Positions 48,890 to 58,976 of a stretch of DNA of 64,000 nt are shown here, one piece after another (the stretch's first letter is position 1; every line of letters begins with the position of its first letter). Origin of the DNA: a virus; the IMG/VR virus record IMGVR_UViG_3300017917_002814, positions 1-64,000 of that record, one strand, 5' to 3'. Below the pieces are notes generated by a model. The model had not been told where the DNA came from. It saw only the letters and a program-made list of their open reading frames with translations, and ran no database searches. The translations under genes and the position numbers were made by a program.

Positions 48890-50338
48890 ATGACTAAACT
48901 GAATAAGAAAGCCTATGATGCGTTTTTGGGCAGTGATTGGCCATCCTATCAAGATTATTTAAATGATATTTTTCCAAACGATAGCGTCAAACAAGAACTT
49001 ATAGCATTAGAAGAAGATTCCGCAAAGATCAATATTGGATATGATTATCTGTCCTTGATACCATTAAAAGGTGATTTTGAAAAAATGACTGACGATCAAA
49101 AATACAAATTGACTCAGAGCAAGGTTTTTTGTATGTTACCATGGACACATTTTCATGCATTTCCTGATGGTAGAGCATATCCATGCTGTCTTGCAGATTA
49201 TTGGCATCCTGTTGGAGATCTACGGAAAAATACCATGGAAGAAGTTTGGAATCAAGAACCTTATAAGTTGCTAAGAAAAAATATGTTGGAGGACAAACAA
49301 TCCAAAGAGTGTACAAAATGTTACGAAAGAGAAAAACACGGTGCGTTTGCATTACGCAATGATGCCAACCGTAACTACGGGCATCATATTGCTGAAATTG
49401 ATAAAACTCGCAACGATGGATATCATCCAGAATTTCAACTGCGCTATTGGGATGTTAGATTTAGTAATTTGTGTAATTTCAGTTGTCGTACCTGTGGGCC
49501 AATATTCAGTTCTAACTGGTACAACGATCATGTAAAACTTTATAATAGAAAACCAGATGTTCTTGGAAGAGAAATGTTTAGAGTTGAATACACAGCTGGT
49601 AACGAAGATGCAATTATCGAACAGATGCTTCCGCATATTCCATATCTTGAACAAGTTTATTTTGCCGGCGGTGAACCTTTAATAATGAAAGAACATTATT
49701 TTCTATTAGAAAAACTAATAGAATATGGCAAAACTGATATACGTATACAATATAATACAAATTTTAGCGAATTGAGATATAAAGATAAACATGTTTTTGA
49801 CTACTGGAAACATTTTAGTAATGTTAGTGTTGGTGCAAGTCTAGATGCTAGTGGGACTAGAGCCGAACTAATTCGTAAAGGAACCAATTGGAGTCAGACT
49901 TTAAAAAACAGAAAACGCATGATTGAAGAAGTACCGCACGTTGATTTTTATGTCAGTGCAACAGTAAGTGTTATGAACGTATTACATATTTTAGATTTTC
50001 ATAAAGAATGGGTTGACTTAGGCTTGATTTCACCACAAGATTACAACATCAATGTTTGCCAGAGTCCGGACTGGTATAGAATCGACATTTTGCCGGAAAA
50101 ATTTAAAAATGAGATTGTGATACCTGCATATGAAAAACATCTTGAATGGCTAGAGCCCAAAGATGATTTGAAACGTGCCACGTCTGGGTACAGAAGTTTA
50201 ATTAATATGATGAAAGATGAAAACAACAGTCATTTATTATCAAGATTCAAAGATGAAGTGGAAAAATTAGATAGTATTAGAAATGAAAATTTTTGGCAAA
50301 TATTTCCGGAATTACAGATTTTAAATGAAACTACCTGA
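48890..50338 (+). CDS. Radical SAM protein with N-terminal twitch/SPASM-like domain
   Basis: FCMLPW...PCC...ECTKCY; CNFSCRTC; AGGEP. Confidence 0.85.
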   Translation: MTKLNKKAYDAFLGSDWPSYQDYLNDIFPNDSVKQELIALEEDSAKINIGYDYLSLIPLKGDFEKMTDDQKYKLTQSKVFCMLPWTHFHAFPDGRAYPCCLADYWHPVGDLRKNTMEEVWNQEPYKLLRKNMLEDKQSKECTKCYEREKHGAFALRNDANRNYGHHIAEIDKTRNDGYHPEFQLRYWDVRFSNLCNFSCRTCGPIFSSNWYNDHVKLYNRKPDVLGREMFRVEYTAGNEDAIIEQMLPHIPYLEQVYFAGGEPLIMKEHYFLLEKLIEYGKTDIRIQYNTNFSELRYKDKHVFDYWKHFSNVSVGASLDASGTRAELIRKGTNWSQTLKNRKRMIEEVPHVDFYVSATVSVMNVLHILDFHKEWVDLGLISPQDYNINVCQSPDWYRIDILPEKFKNEIVIPAYEKHLEWLEPKDDLKRATSGYRSLINMMKDENNSHLLSRFKDEVEKLDSIRNENFWQIFPELQILNETT

Positions 50339-51542
50339 TACCATCTGTATGCTTCCATGGATAAGCATTGAGACTAGTCCAATTGGTTCCGCTAGACCTT
50401 GTTGCCTGGCTAGAGAAGAAATTGTTGACGACAAAGGTATAAAATATGATTTAAATAAGGATAATTTAGAAACAATATATCATAGCCATTACATGCAAAC
50501 TCTTAGACGGCAATTTCGCCAAGGCGAAAAACCCAACACCTGTAAACTTTGTTGGGACGAAGAAGCTGCAGGTAGAACTAGTAAAAGAATGCACAGTCAA
50601 ATACGACTGAAAGAATTATACACAAAAATTGATTGGTTAAATGATAACCCGGACCAATTATGGTTCCTTGATTTGAAGCTTGGTAATATTTGCAATCTAA
50701 AATGTCGTATTTGTGGTTCATGGTCCAGCAGTAAATGGGCTGCAGAAGAATTAGATTACATGCCCAAGGAATTTGATAAAAAACAACACATCGCATATCA
50801 GTGGTTGAAACAAGGAGCGTGGCCTAGAAACAAAGATACCAGTTTTTGGGAAAATTTAAAAAGATTATTGCCTAATATAAAATATATAGAATTTACTGGA
50901 GGCGAGCCGTGGTTGATACAAGAACACTTTGAATTATTAGAATATGCTGTGACACAGGGATTTAGCAAAAGCATTGATATACACTACAATACGAATGCAA
51001 CACAAATGCCAGGCGAATTTGATGCAACAATATGGAAGGAATTTGGCCGAGTTGATATTGCATTCAGTATAGACAATGTTGGCGAAAGATTTGAATATGA
51101 AAGATACGGTGCCAAATGGGAATTGGCAAATAAAATTATTGATTACGTGCATTACAGTCAATCAGCAATACCAAACATTACCACACAACTTTGTTTTACT
51201 ATTAATATTCAAAATGTATATTATCTTGACGAATTATTAGCATGGGCAGACACTAAACCTTTTGGAAGTGTTTATTTTAACATGATGCACAGTCCGGATC
51301 ATATGAGTATACAGCGTATGACTTCACAAGCTCAAGAATTAGTATTGAACAAATTGAAAACTATTTTTTGGTCAAATAAAAATTATCTTAAAGAAATTAA
51401 TAATGTAATTAATTTCATTGAACAGGGTATAGGTAGTGATGGATTAGAATTTTTAGAGAAGATGAAAAAAACTGATAACTATAGAAAACAAAACTTTAAA
51501 GACACACACCCTGAAATAGCAGTGGCCATGGGATATGAGTAA
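50325..51542 (+). CDS. Radical SAM protein with N-terminal twitch/SPASM-like domain
   Basis: ICMLPW...PCC...TCKLCW; CNLKCRIC; TGGEP. Confidence 0.85.
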   Translation: MKLPDTICMLPWISIETSPIGSARPCCLAREEIVDDKGIKYDLNKDNLETIYHSHYMQTLRRQFRQGEKPNTCKLCWDEEAAGRTSKRMHSQIRLKELYTKIDWLNDNPDQLWFLDLKLGNICNLKCRICGSWSSSKWAAEELDYMPKEFDKKQHIAYQWLKQGAWPRNKDTSFWENLKRLLPNIKYIEFTGGEPWLIQEHFELLEYAVTQGFSKSIDIHYNTNATQMPGEFDATIWKEFGRVDIAFSIDNVGERFEYERYGAKWELANKIIDYVHYSQSAIPNITTQLCFTINIQNVYYLDELLAWADTKPFGSVYFNMMHSPDHMSIQRMTSQAQELVLNKLKTIFWSNKNYLKEINNVINFIEQGIGSDGLEFLEKMKKTDNYRKQNFKDTHPEIAVAMGYE

Positions 51543-52407
51543 GTTACAATTAGTTCTGTCAGATAAAGATTACACTTCATTTAATCAGCCTTGGATTATA
51601 GATATCGCTAAAGATTATTTTAATATAGTATATATTGAACATAATCCAAGTATTGACAAAAATGCAATATTTGTTACTAATGCGTTAAACAATAAACAAT
51701 GGTTTTCTTTGGATCATAAATTAATTATTGATAATTTATGGGAAGTTCCTAAAATTGATCACAGAGGATTAGTGCTTACCAACAAGAATTGGTTTTGGTA
51801 TAATGAAAGTTTATGGTACAGATCGCTAGGCTATAATAATTATATTCCCAAACCTAATTTTGCATATAAAGCTTTTATGCCAATAAATATACCGCGACCG
51901 TGGCGTCAGAATATTATTGATAAATTAGATACACGCCTTGATACATTTTTATGGTCGTACAATTCATCGTTAGTAGGAGATATTGATAGAAACCATCTTT
52001 TGTGGCAACGCTATTTTAATCCAGATTGGTATGACCTGTGCGAATTTAGTTTTGTTGTAGAATCTAATTTACAAGCAGTAGAATTTGTTACAGAAAAAAC
52101 TTTTAAACCGATTGCATTTAACCATCCATTTATCGTGTATGGCTCTTGCGGAACCTTAGAGTTTCTTAAAAGAAACGGGTTTGAAACTTTTGATAACATG
52201 TTTGATGAAACTTATGATTATGAAACTAATTCATTATCAAGATTAGACAAATTAATAAAAAATGTTGATCTATATAATGGACGCGATAATAAAGTACAAG
52301 AAAGACTAGACCATAACAGAAATCATTTTTTTAACAAAGACCTTGTAACAAAAAAAATCTATAATGAAATTATTGTAACAATATTAGAATATGCAGAACA
52401 TCTATGA
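51535..52407 (+). CDS. Putative glycosyltransferase (GT10-like C-terminus), paralog family member 2
   Basis: VVES...FVTEKTFKPIAFNHPFIVYG...GFETFDNMFDETYD...LDHN. Confidence 0.45.
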   Translation: MSKLQLVLSDKDYTSFNQPWIIDIAKDYFNIVYIEHNPSIDKNAIFVTNALNNKQWFSLDHKLIIDNLWEVPKIDHRGLVLTNKNWFWYNESLWYRSLGYNNYIPKPNFAYKAFMPINIPRPWRQNIIDKLDTRLDTFLWSYNSSLVGDIDRNHLLWQRYFNPDWYDLCEFSFVVESNLQAVEFVTEKTFKPIAFNHPFIVYGSCGTLEFLKRNGFETFDNMFDETYDYETNSLSRLDKLIKNVDLYNGRDNKVQERLDHNRNHFFNKDLVTKKIYNEIIVTILEYAEHL

Positions 52408-53120
52408 CTAATTTTATAATTACAGGATGCAGTTTTTCGGCTGGAATTATTCCTTTACCTCACAATACTGTAAAGGATTGGGAAGATCGTGGTAGTGTAT
52501 GGCCTCACTTTTGTTTTGCAAAAATGAATCCATCAAGAGATAAATTTTTAAATTTAGCGATTCCGGGCGGTGGTAATTTAGCATCATTCATGAATTTAAT
52601 TTATGTGTTAGAAACAAATAAGAATGATGTAACTCCAGATAACACGCTCATTGGATTCAATATTACCGGTATGAATCGATATGATATAATAGGAAGTCCA
52701 GAAAGAGATAATATTAATAAAGATATGTGCTGTATTGACCCTGAAGGTATTTTACATCCAAGCGAAATGTTGGGATTCGGATGGATAACAAAACCAAACT
52801 ACAATTTAAATACATATATTATTTCAGAGTTAGTTATTCTAGCATGTTTAAGTTATTTAGAATCAAGAAACTTTAACTATTTTTTTATGTTAATGAATGA
52901 TTCAATATACACAGACTCATCGTTTATGTTTCAACAGGTGTTAGATGAAAGAAAAACAAATTGGATTATTTTCAATAAAATCAAAGGAATGGCAGAATTC
53001 GCAAAAGATCATCATCAGCTTAAATCAGACGGCCATCCTACTACAATAGGACATAAAATAATAAGCGAATTCGTTCTTGATTGGATTAGAGAAAAACATA
53101 AACATTATATCAATGAATAA
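52404..53120 (+). CDS. SGNH hydrolase-like protein
   Basis: GCSFS, NLAIPGGGN, C-terminal DGHPTTIGH. Confidence 0.55.
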   Translation: MTNFIITGCSFSAGIIPLPHNTVKDWEDRGSVWPHFCFAKMNPSRDKFLNLAIPGGGNLASFMNLIYVLETNKNDVTPDNTLIGFNITGMNRYDIIGSPERDNINKDMCCIDPEGILHPSEMLGFGWITKPNYNLNTYIISELVILACLSYLESRNFNYFFMLMNDSIYTDSSFMFQQVLDERKTNWIIFNKIKGMAEFAKDHHQLKSDGHPTTIGHKIISEFVLDWIREKHKHYINE

Positions 53121-54405
53121 ACCAAGTGCTTTATGTATGGCACCGTGGACTCATACATACCTTAGTCCACAAACAGAACGCAGATTGTGTTGTGCCAGCA
53201 GGGAACCTGCACAAAATTTTCAACAATATATTGATACCAGCATCGGTACAGGCAAGTATATACCTATTACCCTAGAAGAATACTGGAACGGAGACCACAT
53301 GCGCAGTGTACGCAGACGTATGCTGGCAGGAGAAACTTTGCCTGAGTGTGCAGTATGTAATGACCGACTGTTGAACACCGACGTTTACCGCAGTTATTTT
53401 AACAACTTGTTTGCACATAAGTACAAGCAAGTACTAGAAACAACTGACGCTTCGGGCTCAACGACCATGAAGCCCGTTAGCTGGGATTATAGATTTAGTA
53501 ATCTCTGCAACTTCAAATGCCGTATGTGCGGTGACATGCTGTCTAGTTCATGGGAAAGCGAACAGAGACAACACCAAATGATCAATTGGTCTAATCCAAA
53601 AAACAATTGGATGAAGCCTGAAATCAAAAGCGAAATTGAGAAGTTTCAAACAACTCAAATTGAAGCCGAGTTCGCAGCAGCAGTAGAGGACCACCGTGTA
53701 GAAGAAGTGTACTGGGTGGGGGGAGAACCGCTAATGTACGAGCAACATTGGCGGTATATGCAGCGCATTATAGAACTAGGAGACGCACCAAATGTTTACG
53801 CTAGATACAACACTAATCTTAGCCGCATTGATTATAGAGGTTGTAATCTTTATAGGAATATTCTTAGTCAATTACGAGATTGGCAAATATGTGCAAGTAT
53901 CGATGGCACAGGCCAAATTGGAGAATATATCAGAACAGGCCTTGATTATGAAACGTGGCTTGCAAACTTTAAGGCAGGAGTTGCGGTTGCTAACCACCGA
54001 AGACAAATGAGAATAGACTTCACTCTTACCCTTCCGGGTATGTTTGAAGTTGAAAATATACAGCAGTTAGGTAACGATTTGGGCGTTGACATCCTTGCTA
54101 AGGTTGTCTTTAGTTTTACACCAGACATAGTTATGTCACCTTTAGCCCTACCCAGGAGCATATTAGAACCATGGGTAGATGAAATCATAAACGCCGGAGT
54201 AGCCGGTCCATTAAAGGATATACTAGTTCAGTTAAAAACACGCCCTACCTTTCAAGAACAATATGGTATTGATGCTTATCTCAAAGGAGTTGCTCAAGGC
54301 AAGGCTCGTGTGTTACAATTAGAGTCTATTCGTAGTCAACCTATTACAATGGATGAAATATTATCAAAGAGAGCAGATGTATATGAGTGGTGGCAATCAA
54401 TTTGA
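53077..54405 (+). CDS. Radical SAM protein with N-terminal twitch/SPASM-like domain
   Basis: LCMAPW...LCC...ECAVC; CNFKCRMC; VGGEP. The start may be the internal ATG near 53113. Confidence 0.85.
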   Translation: MIGLEKNINIISMNKPSALCMAPWTHTYLSPQTERRLCCASREPAQNFQQYIDTSIGTGKYIPITLEEYWNGDHMRSVRRRMLAGETLPECAVCNDRLLNTDVYRSYFNNLFAHKYKQVLETTDASGSTTMKPVSWDYRFSNLCNFKCRMCGDMLSSSWESEQRQHQMINWSNPKNNWMKPEIKSEIEKFQTTQIEAEFAAAVEDHRVEEVYWVGGEPLMYEQHWRYMQRIIELGDAPNVYARYNTNLSRIDYRGCNLYRNILSQLRDWQICASIDGTGQIGEYIRTGLDYETWLANFKAGVAVANHRRQMRIDFTLTLPGMFEVENIQQLGNDLGVDILAKVVFSFTPDIVMSPLALPRSILEPWVDEIINAGVAGPLKDILVQLKTRPTFQEQYGIDAYLKGVAQGKARVLQLESIRSQPITMDEILSKRADVYEWWQSI

Positions 54406-55573
54406 AGTTACAGTAACTTTAAGGAATCCAGTTGATTACGATGATATTATCAAATATTACATTGATGTTTATGATAATACTTTAGCTAAAGATTGGATAA
54501 ACGCACTTAAATTATTACTGAAATCAAATAGCCTGTTGGAAAAAAATTTTTGTTTTATGGGATTTCCTAATACAAAGAGAACATTAGAGTTATTATGTAA
54601 CCAACTGAATAAATCTGTTTTTCAGATCAATAAATTTAACAGCGAACTTTATTGGGTGAAAGCAGGATTACAGTCCTATATTATCGAGGATTATTTTACA
54701 CCAGATACAGTTAGATTTGGCACAGAGTATTCAATGCCAAGTAGATTACATCCAGAAGGAAATCAAGATTTTCATCAGATTCAACATCTTGGGCTTGTAG
54801 CCAAAAAAAATATTTTGAACAGTTTGCATAATCATTTTGAAATTTTACAAGGCACAGTTGATCAACCAAGCGAATACTACTTGATTGCTGATTACGAAAC
54901 AAAGTATGCAATCAGACAGTTGAATGTTCTTTGTCATGAAATTGAAAATCTAACTCTAAGTCAACTTAAAGAAATGACTATGCCCGAATGGATTAGACCC
55001 AGTCAAATTACAACTTGGTTGCATGCGCCAAGATACAAATTGACAAACGAACATCGTAAATTGTTTTTACAAAATGGATATGATAGAAGATTCGGAAAGG
55101 TGTATATGCACTGGGCACAAATTGGTAAAACATTGTTTGAAGTTTTTAGAGATGAAAATGCCCCCAAATTAGATAGTGCCAAGTGTGCGGCAATTACTCA
55201 TTTAGAATATTATAGCGGTGAATTTGATGTAGAATGGGGATTGGATGTTGTAAGCGGCGAAGGGTCTAGGCATTTTTGGCATGTTGAAGAACAAAAATTA
55301 TTTAGAGAATGGCTTATAAAAAATAATTTAGATCCAAATGATACCCGTTTAAGTCTTGGTTATTTGCCAATTGGCGAAGTAAATTTACAAAAAAGTTTTG
55401 GTACAGAAAATCATTTTGAAATATGGAAAATACTAGGAAATCATTTAGATATATTTTCTATAGAAGTAAATGGCATAGTTGGAGTATACGATTATTGTTG
55501 GAGTGATCCAGATTATAAAAAAATGCAAATAGATATAATGAGACCAGGATATGATTTTAGTAGCCGGCGGTGA
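54353..55573 (+). CDS. Hypothetical protein
   Basis: About 400-aa ORF coupled to its neighbours (LHNHFEILQG, LCHEIE, YMHWAQIGK); exact start uncertain. Confidence 0.65.
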   Translation: MKYYQREQMYMSGGNQFEVTVTLRNPVDYDDIIKYYIDVYDNTLAKDWINALKLLLKSNSLLEKNFCFMGFPNTKRTLELLCNQLNKSVFQINKFNSELYWVKAGLQSYIIEDYFTPDTVRFGTEYSMPSRLHPEGNQDFHQIQHLGLVAKKNILNSLHNHFEILQGTVDQPSEYYLIADYETKYAIRQLNVLCHEIENLTLSQLKEMTMPEWIRPSQITTWLHAPRYKLTNEHRKLFLQNGYDRRFGKVYMHWAQIGKTLFEVFRDENAPKLDSAKCAAITHLEYYSGEFDVEWGLDVVSGEGSRHFWHVEEQKLFREWLIKNNLDPNDTRLSLGYLPIGEVNLQKSFGTENHFEIWKILGNHLDIFSIEVNGIVGVYDYCWSDPDYKKMQIDIMRPGYDFSSRR

Positions 55574-56375
55574 CAGTTTTATTTTTGGAGCTGAATTAAA
55601 GGATCAAATTCTTGGTCCTAGTCTAAGCACATATCCAGCATTATTGGCAAAAGAAAAAAATATAAATTATCATTGTGCTGCCTGGTCTGGTAATGCCAAT
55701 AATGCCATAAGTCGTATGACGATGGCAGCATGCGAATACTTTAAAAAACAAAATCAAACAGTATTAGCATTAGTGACTTGGACTTTTACTAATAGATATG
55801 AGTTTAGATTTAATTATAATACCAAACAACAAATCAGCCCATGGTATAGTATCAACGCTTGGTCCACAGTAGACGACTTATCAATAATTGAAAATGAATT
55901 TAAATCTAAAAATGACGCTATATTACATTTCCAAAAAGAAAATATAAACACAGCAAAACAAACTGGTATAGCGGAATTTTCTAAAATATTCTTTCAGCAT
56001 GTTGGAGACAATGAGTATTATGAATTGTATTCTAGTCTCAAAGAAATTTTGTTTTTACAAAATTATATGAAAATAAACAATATACCTTATTTGTTTGTAC
56101 CCGCTGATAATCATTTTTACGATCATCCAAATTATTTTAGAAGGAAAGATGAATATATTGATTCACTTTATAACCAAATTGATTGGAATAACTGGTTCTT
56201 TTTTGAATCTGGTACACAAGTAAATCATACTAAAGAACCTCGAGGCTTTTATCAATGGGCAGTAGAAAATAAATATCCAGTGGGAACAACACATCCTCTT
56301 GAAGAAGCACATTCTGCAGCAGCAATTTTATTAAAGGAAAAATTCAATGAATTGGTTACGAAATCTTTGGAATAA
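55551..56375 (+). CDS. SGNH hydrolase-like protein
   Basis: GGDSFIFG, SGNAN, WTF..RYE, C-terminal THPLEEAH. Confidence 0.55.
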   Translation: MILVAGGDSFIFGAELKDQILGPSLSTYPALLAKEKNINYHCAAWSGNANNAISRMTMAACEYFKKQNQTVLALVTWTFTNRYEFRFNYNTKQQISPWYSINAWSTVDDLSIIENEFKSKNDAILHFQKENINTAKQTGIAEFSKIFFQHVGDNEYYELYSSLKEILFLQNYMKINNIPYLFVPADNHFYDHPNYFRRKDEYIDSLYNQIDWNNWFFFESGTQVNHTKEPRGFYQWAVENKYPVGTTHPLEEAHSAAAILLKEKFNELVTKSLE

Positions 56376-56448
56376 AGTTAGATTAGAAATAAGGTATAGA
56401 CGTAAACTAAGAGAATTACGTAAAAGAGATCCTTTTATATACAAATGA
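56347..56448 (+). CDS. 33-aa basic peptide (missing from the ORF track): MNWLRNLWNKVRLEIRYRRKLRELRKRDPFIYK
   Basis: AAGGA SD upstream; fills the gap between two genes; its TGA overlaps the next ATG (ATGA at 56445-56448). Confidence 0.7.
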   Translation: MNWLRNLWNKVRLEIRYRRKLRELRKRDPFIYK

Positions 56449-57092
56449 TTCATGCCATTGGGGACAGCTTCACTTACGGTGATGAGTTGCAATCACACGA
56501 ACATGCCTGGCCATCGGTGTTGGCCAAAAAAATTGATAAAGATATTGGAAACTTAGGCAAATCTGCTACAGGTAACACACGTATAGTAAAACGCACAATT
56601 GATGCAGTAATTGATAAAAGTGAGATGATTATCATTGGGTGGAGTGATTGCAACAGGCAAGAATTCGCAGATGATATTGGAATATACGATATTTGGGCTG
56701 GTAGAAATTATCGAGCAATGCAAACCCATGATCATACGCATCGAATTGATTTAATAAAATACGTCACAGCTTACGACAACCCTGAATATTATTATTCAAA
56801 TTGGCTACGGCAAATCATACTAGTGCAAAGTTTATGTAAATTACACCAGATTCCGTGCGTGATGTTTATTGCATGCGGGTCAAATAAAAATCATTTACAA
56901 TACTATAAAAAATTTTCAAAGTTACTAAATGCCGTTGATCAATCTATTTTTGTCGACAATATGTTTACAAGCGTAAATGAATGGACATACGGAACAGCAC
57001 AAGGTCCTGGTGGACATCCTCTTGAGGCAGGGCATGAAATTATAGCAAATAAAATTTATGAACATATTAGGAATAAGTGCTGGGTTTCATGA
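56445..57092 (+). CDS. SGNH hydrolase-like protein
   Basis: IGDSFTYG, GN, WS...RQE, C-terminal GHPLEAGH. Confidence 0.6.
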   Translation: MIHAIGDSFTYGDELQSHEHAWPSVLAKKIDKDIGNLGKSATGNTRIVKRTIDAVIDKSEMIIIGWSDCNRQEFADDIGIYDIWAGRNYRAMQTHDHTHRIDLIKYVTAYDNPEYYYSNWLRQIILVQSLCKLHQIPCVMFIACGSNKNHLQYYKKFSKLLNAVDQSIFVDNMFTSVNEWTYGTAQGPGGHPLEAGHEIIANKIYEHIRNKCWVS

Positions 57093-58542
57093 CGCTGCTG
57101 CCGCAGTAATTGATCGTCGAGGCAATATACTGTACGCAGCACATAGTGAGCGTTATAGCCGAATCAAAAACGACGCTAATCTTTGTCGCGACATGATGGA
57201 TGATATCATAGATCAATTTCCTATCTCCCATGTTGCATATTACGAAACGCCATGGAAGAAACAATTGCGTAGGTTGTATAGTGGCGAAGGCATAGAATGG
57301 AATAAATTATCTACTAAACGAATACTTACAGAACAATTTGGCGGATGGGCGCATATTCCCAGTTATAGCTCACACAACCATCATCTTAGTCATGCCGCAG
57401 CAGGATTTCAAACCAGTCCATACGATCGTGCCACGGTAGTAGTCATTGATGCCATTGGCGAATGGGATACTATTAGCATATGGGGCGCAGAGTACGATAG
57501 TAGAGGTTACGCTCAATATAAACGATTATGGAGACAACAATATCCTCACAGTATAGGTCTGTTTTATTCGGCAATGACAAAAAAAGTTGGCCTAAAGCCC
57601 AACGAAGATGAATATATTTTAATGGGAATGAGTGCGTATGGTAGACCAGGATACACAACATCATTGCAAGACTTATTGGTAGAAAATGAATGGCAGGCTA
57701 CGTTCAAACACAATTTACATGTTGGCTTAGACACTGAACCTTTGGCTAAACATTTACACGATACAGATTTGGCAGCCGCAACACAAAAAGTGTTAGAAAG
57801 ACTAGTATACAATATCATGCGCCGTGCTAGAGACTTTGGTTGGAGCACCAATCTTGTATATATGGGCGGTGTTGCTTTAAACTGTTTAGCAAATAGAAAC
57901 CTCGGAGAATATTTTGAAAACATTTGGATTATGCCTAATCCTGGTGATGCTGGTAGTAGCCTTGGTGCTGCCGCACTTGCATATGGGCGTCGTGTTAATT
58001 GGGTCAATGCTTATCTTGGCCATGATATTCCGGGAGCATATCCCGTTACACCCATACTTGATAGTTTACTATCTGACGGTATTTGTGGTGTTGCTAATGG
58101 TCGTGCTGAGTTTGGTCCACGTGCTTTAGGTAATAGAAGTTTATTGGCAGATCCAAGAGGACCCAAAATAAAGGATAGAGTAAATGAAATCAAACGCAGA
58201 CAAAAGTTCAGACCTTTCGCTCCTGTTATATTGGAAGAGATGGCTGATCAGTACTTTATTTTCCGCGATGGGTGGCATAATAGCCGTTATATGCAGTCAG
58301 TCGCTCAGTGCAGGTATACTGACCGTTTTCCTGCTATCTGCCATTATGATGGGACCAGTCGAGTACAAACGGTACCACGAGATGGGTCAGGAATTAGAGA
58401 ACTCTTAGAAAAGTGGTTCATGCTTACAGATTGTCCTATGCTGCTAAACACTAGTTTAAACATCAAAGGCGAACCAATGGTAAATGATCGAGCAGATGCA
58501 GATAGATTTGAAAGTAAATACGGTATAAAGGTATTTTCATGA
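57058..58542 (+). CDS. O-carbamoyltransferase (NodU/CmcH/TobZ family)
   Basis: ILGISAGFHDAAA, ERYSRIK, HHLSHAA, DAIGE, GGVALNC, GDAG, EFGPRALGNRSLL, FRPFAP, NTSLN. Confidence 0.92.
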   Translation: MNILGISAGFHDAAAAVIDRRGNILYAAHSERYSRIKNDANLCRDMMDDIIDQFPISHVAYYETPWKKQLRRLYSGEGIEWNKLSTKRILTEQFGGWAHIPSYSSHNHHLSHAAAGFQTSPYDRATVVVIDAIGEWDTISIWGAEYDSRGYAQYKRLWRQQYPHSIGLFYSAMTKKVGLKPNEDEYILMGMSAYGRPGYTTSLQDLLVENEWQATFKHNLHVGLDTEPLAKHLHDTDLAAATQKVLERLVYNIMRRARDFGWSTNLVYMGGVALNCLANRNLGEYFENIWIMPNPGDAGSSLGAAALAYGRRVNWVNAYLGHDIPGAYPVTPILDSLLSDGICGVANGRAEFGPRALGNRSLLADPRGPKIKDRVNEIKRRQKFRPFAPVILEEMADQYFIFRDGWHNSRYMQSVAQCRYTDRFPAICHYDGTSRVQTVPRDGSGIRELLEKWFMLTDCPMLLNTSLNIKGEPMVNDRADADRFESKYGIKVFS

Positions 58543-58976
58543 CAACCAGAATACTTATAATGGGATTACCAGGTGCAGGAAAAACTACATTGGCTCTGAA
58601 CTTGCTTGGTTACTTCAGTCCTGATGTTCTTTGGCTCAATGCTGACGAAATCAGACGTAAATTTGATGATTGGGATTTTAGCCACGATGGTAGAATTCGA
58701 CAGAGCAGGCGAATGCGAGAAATTGCAGATGTGTCGAACAGAGACTATATAATTGCAGACTTTGTGTGTCCATTGCCGGAAATGCGCGATATATATGATC
58801 CTCATTTTTTAATCTGGGTAGACACAATTACAGAAGGAAGATTTGAAGATACCAATAGAGTATTTGTGCCTCCAGAAAAATACGATGCTAGAGTAACAGA
58901 ACAAGATGCAGGTAGATGGGCTAAGGAAATACATGAACAAATATCACATAAGATTCAATCATCAACACAACGGTAA
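58539..58976 (+). CDS. Adenylylsulfate-kinase-like P-loop kinase
   Basis: GLPGAGKTT, NADEIR, DFSHDGRIRQ, DFVCP. Confidence 0.75.
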   Translation: MTTRILIMGLPGAGKTTLALNLLGYFSPDVLWLNADEIRRKFDDWDFSHDGRIRQSRRMREIADVSNRDYIIADFVCPLPEMRDIYDPHFLIWVDTITEGRFEDTNRVFVPPEKYDARVTEQDAGRWAKEIHEQISHKIQSSTQR

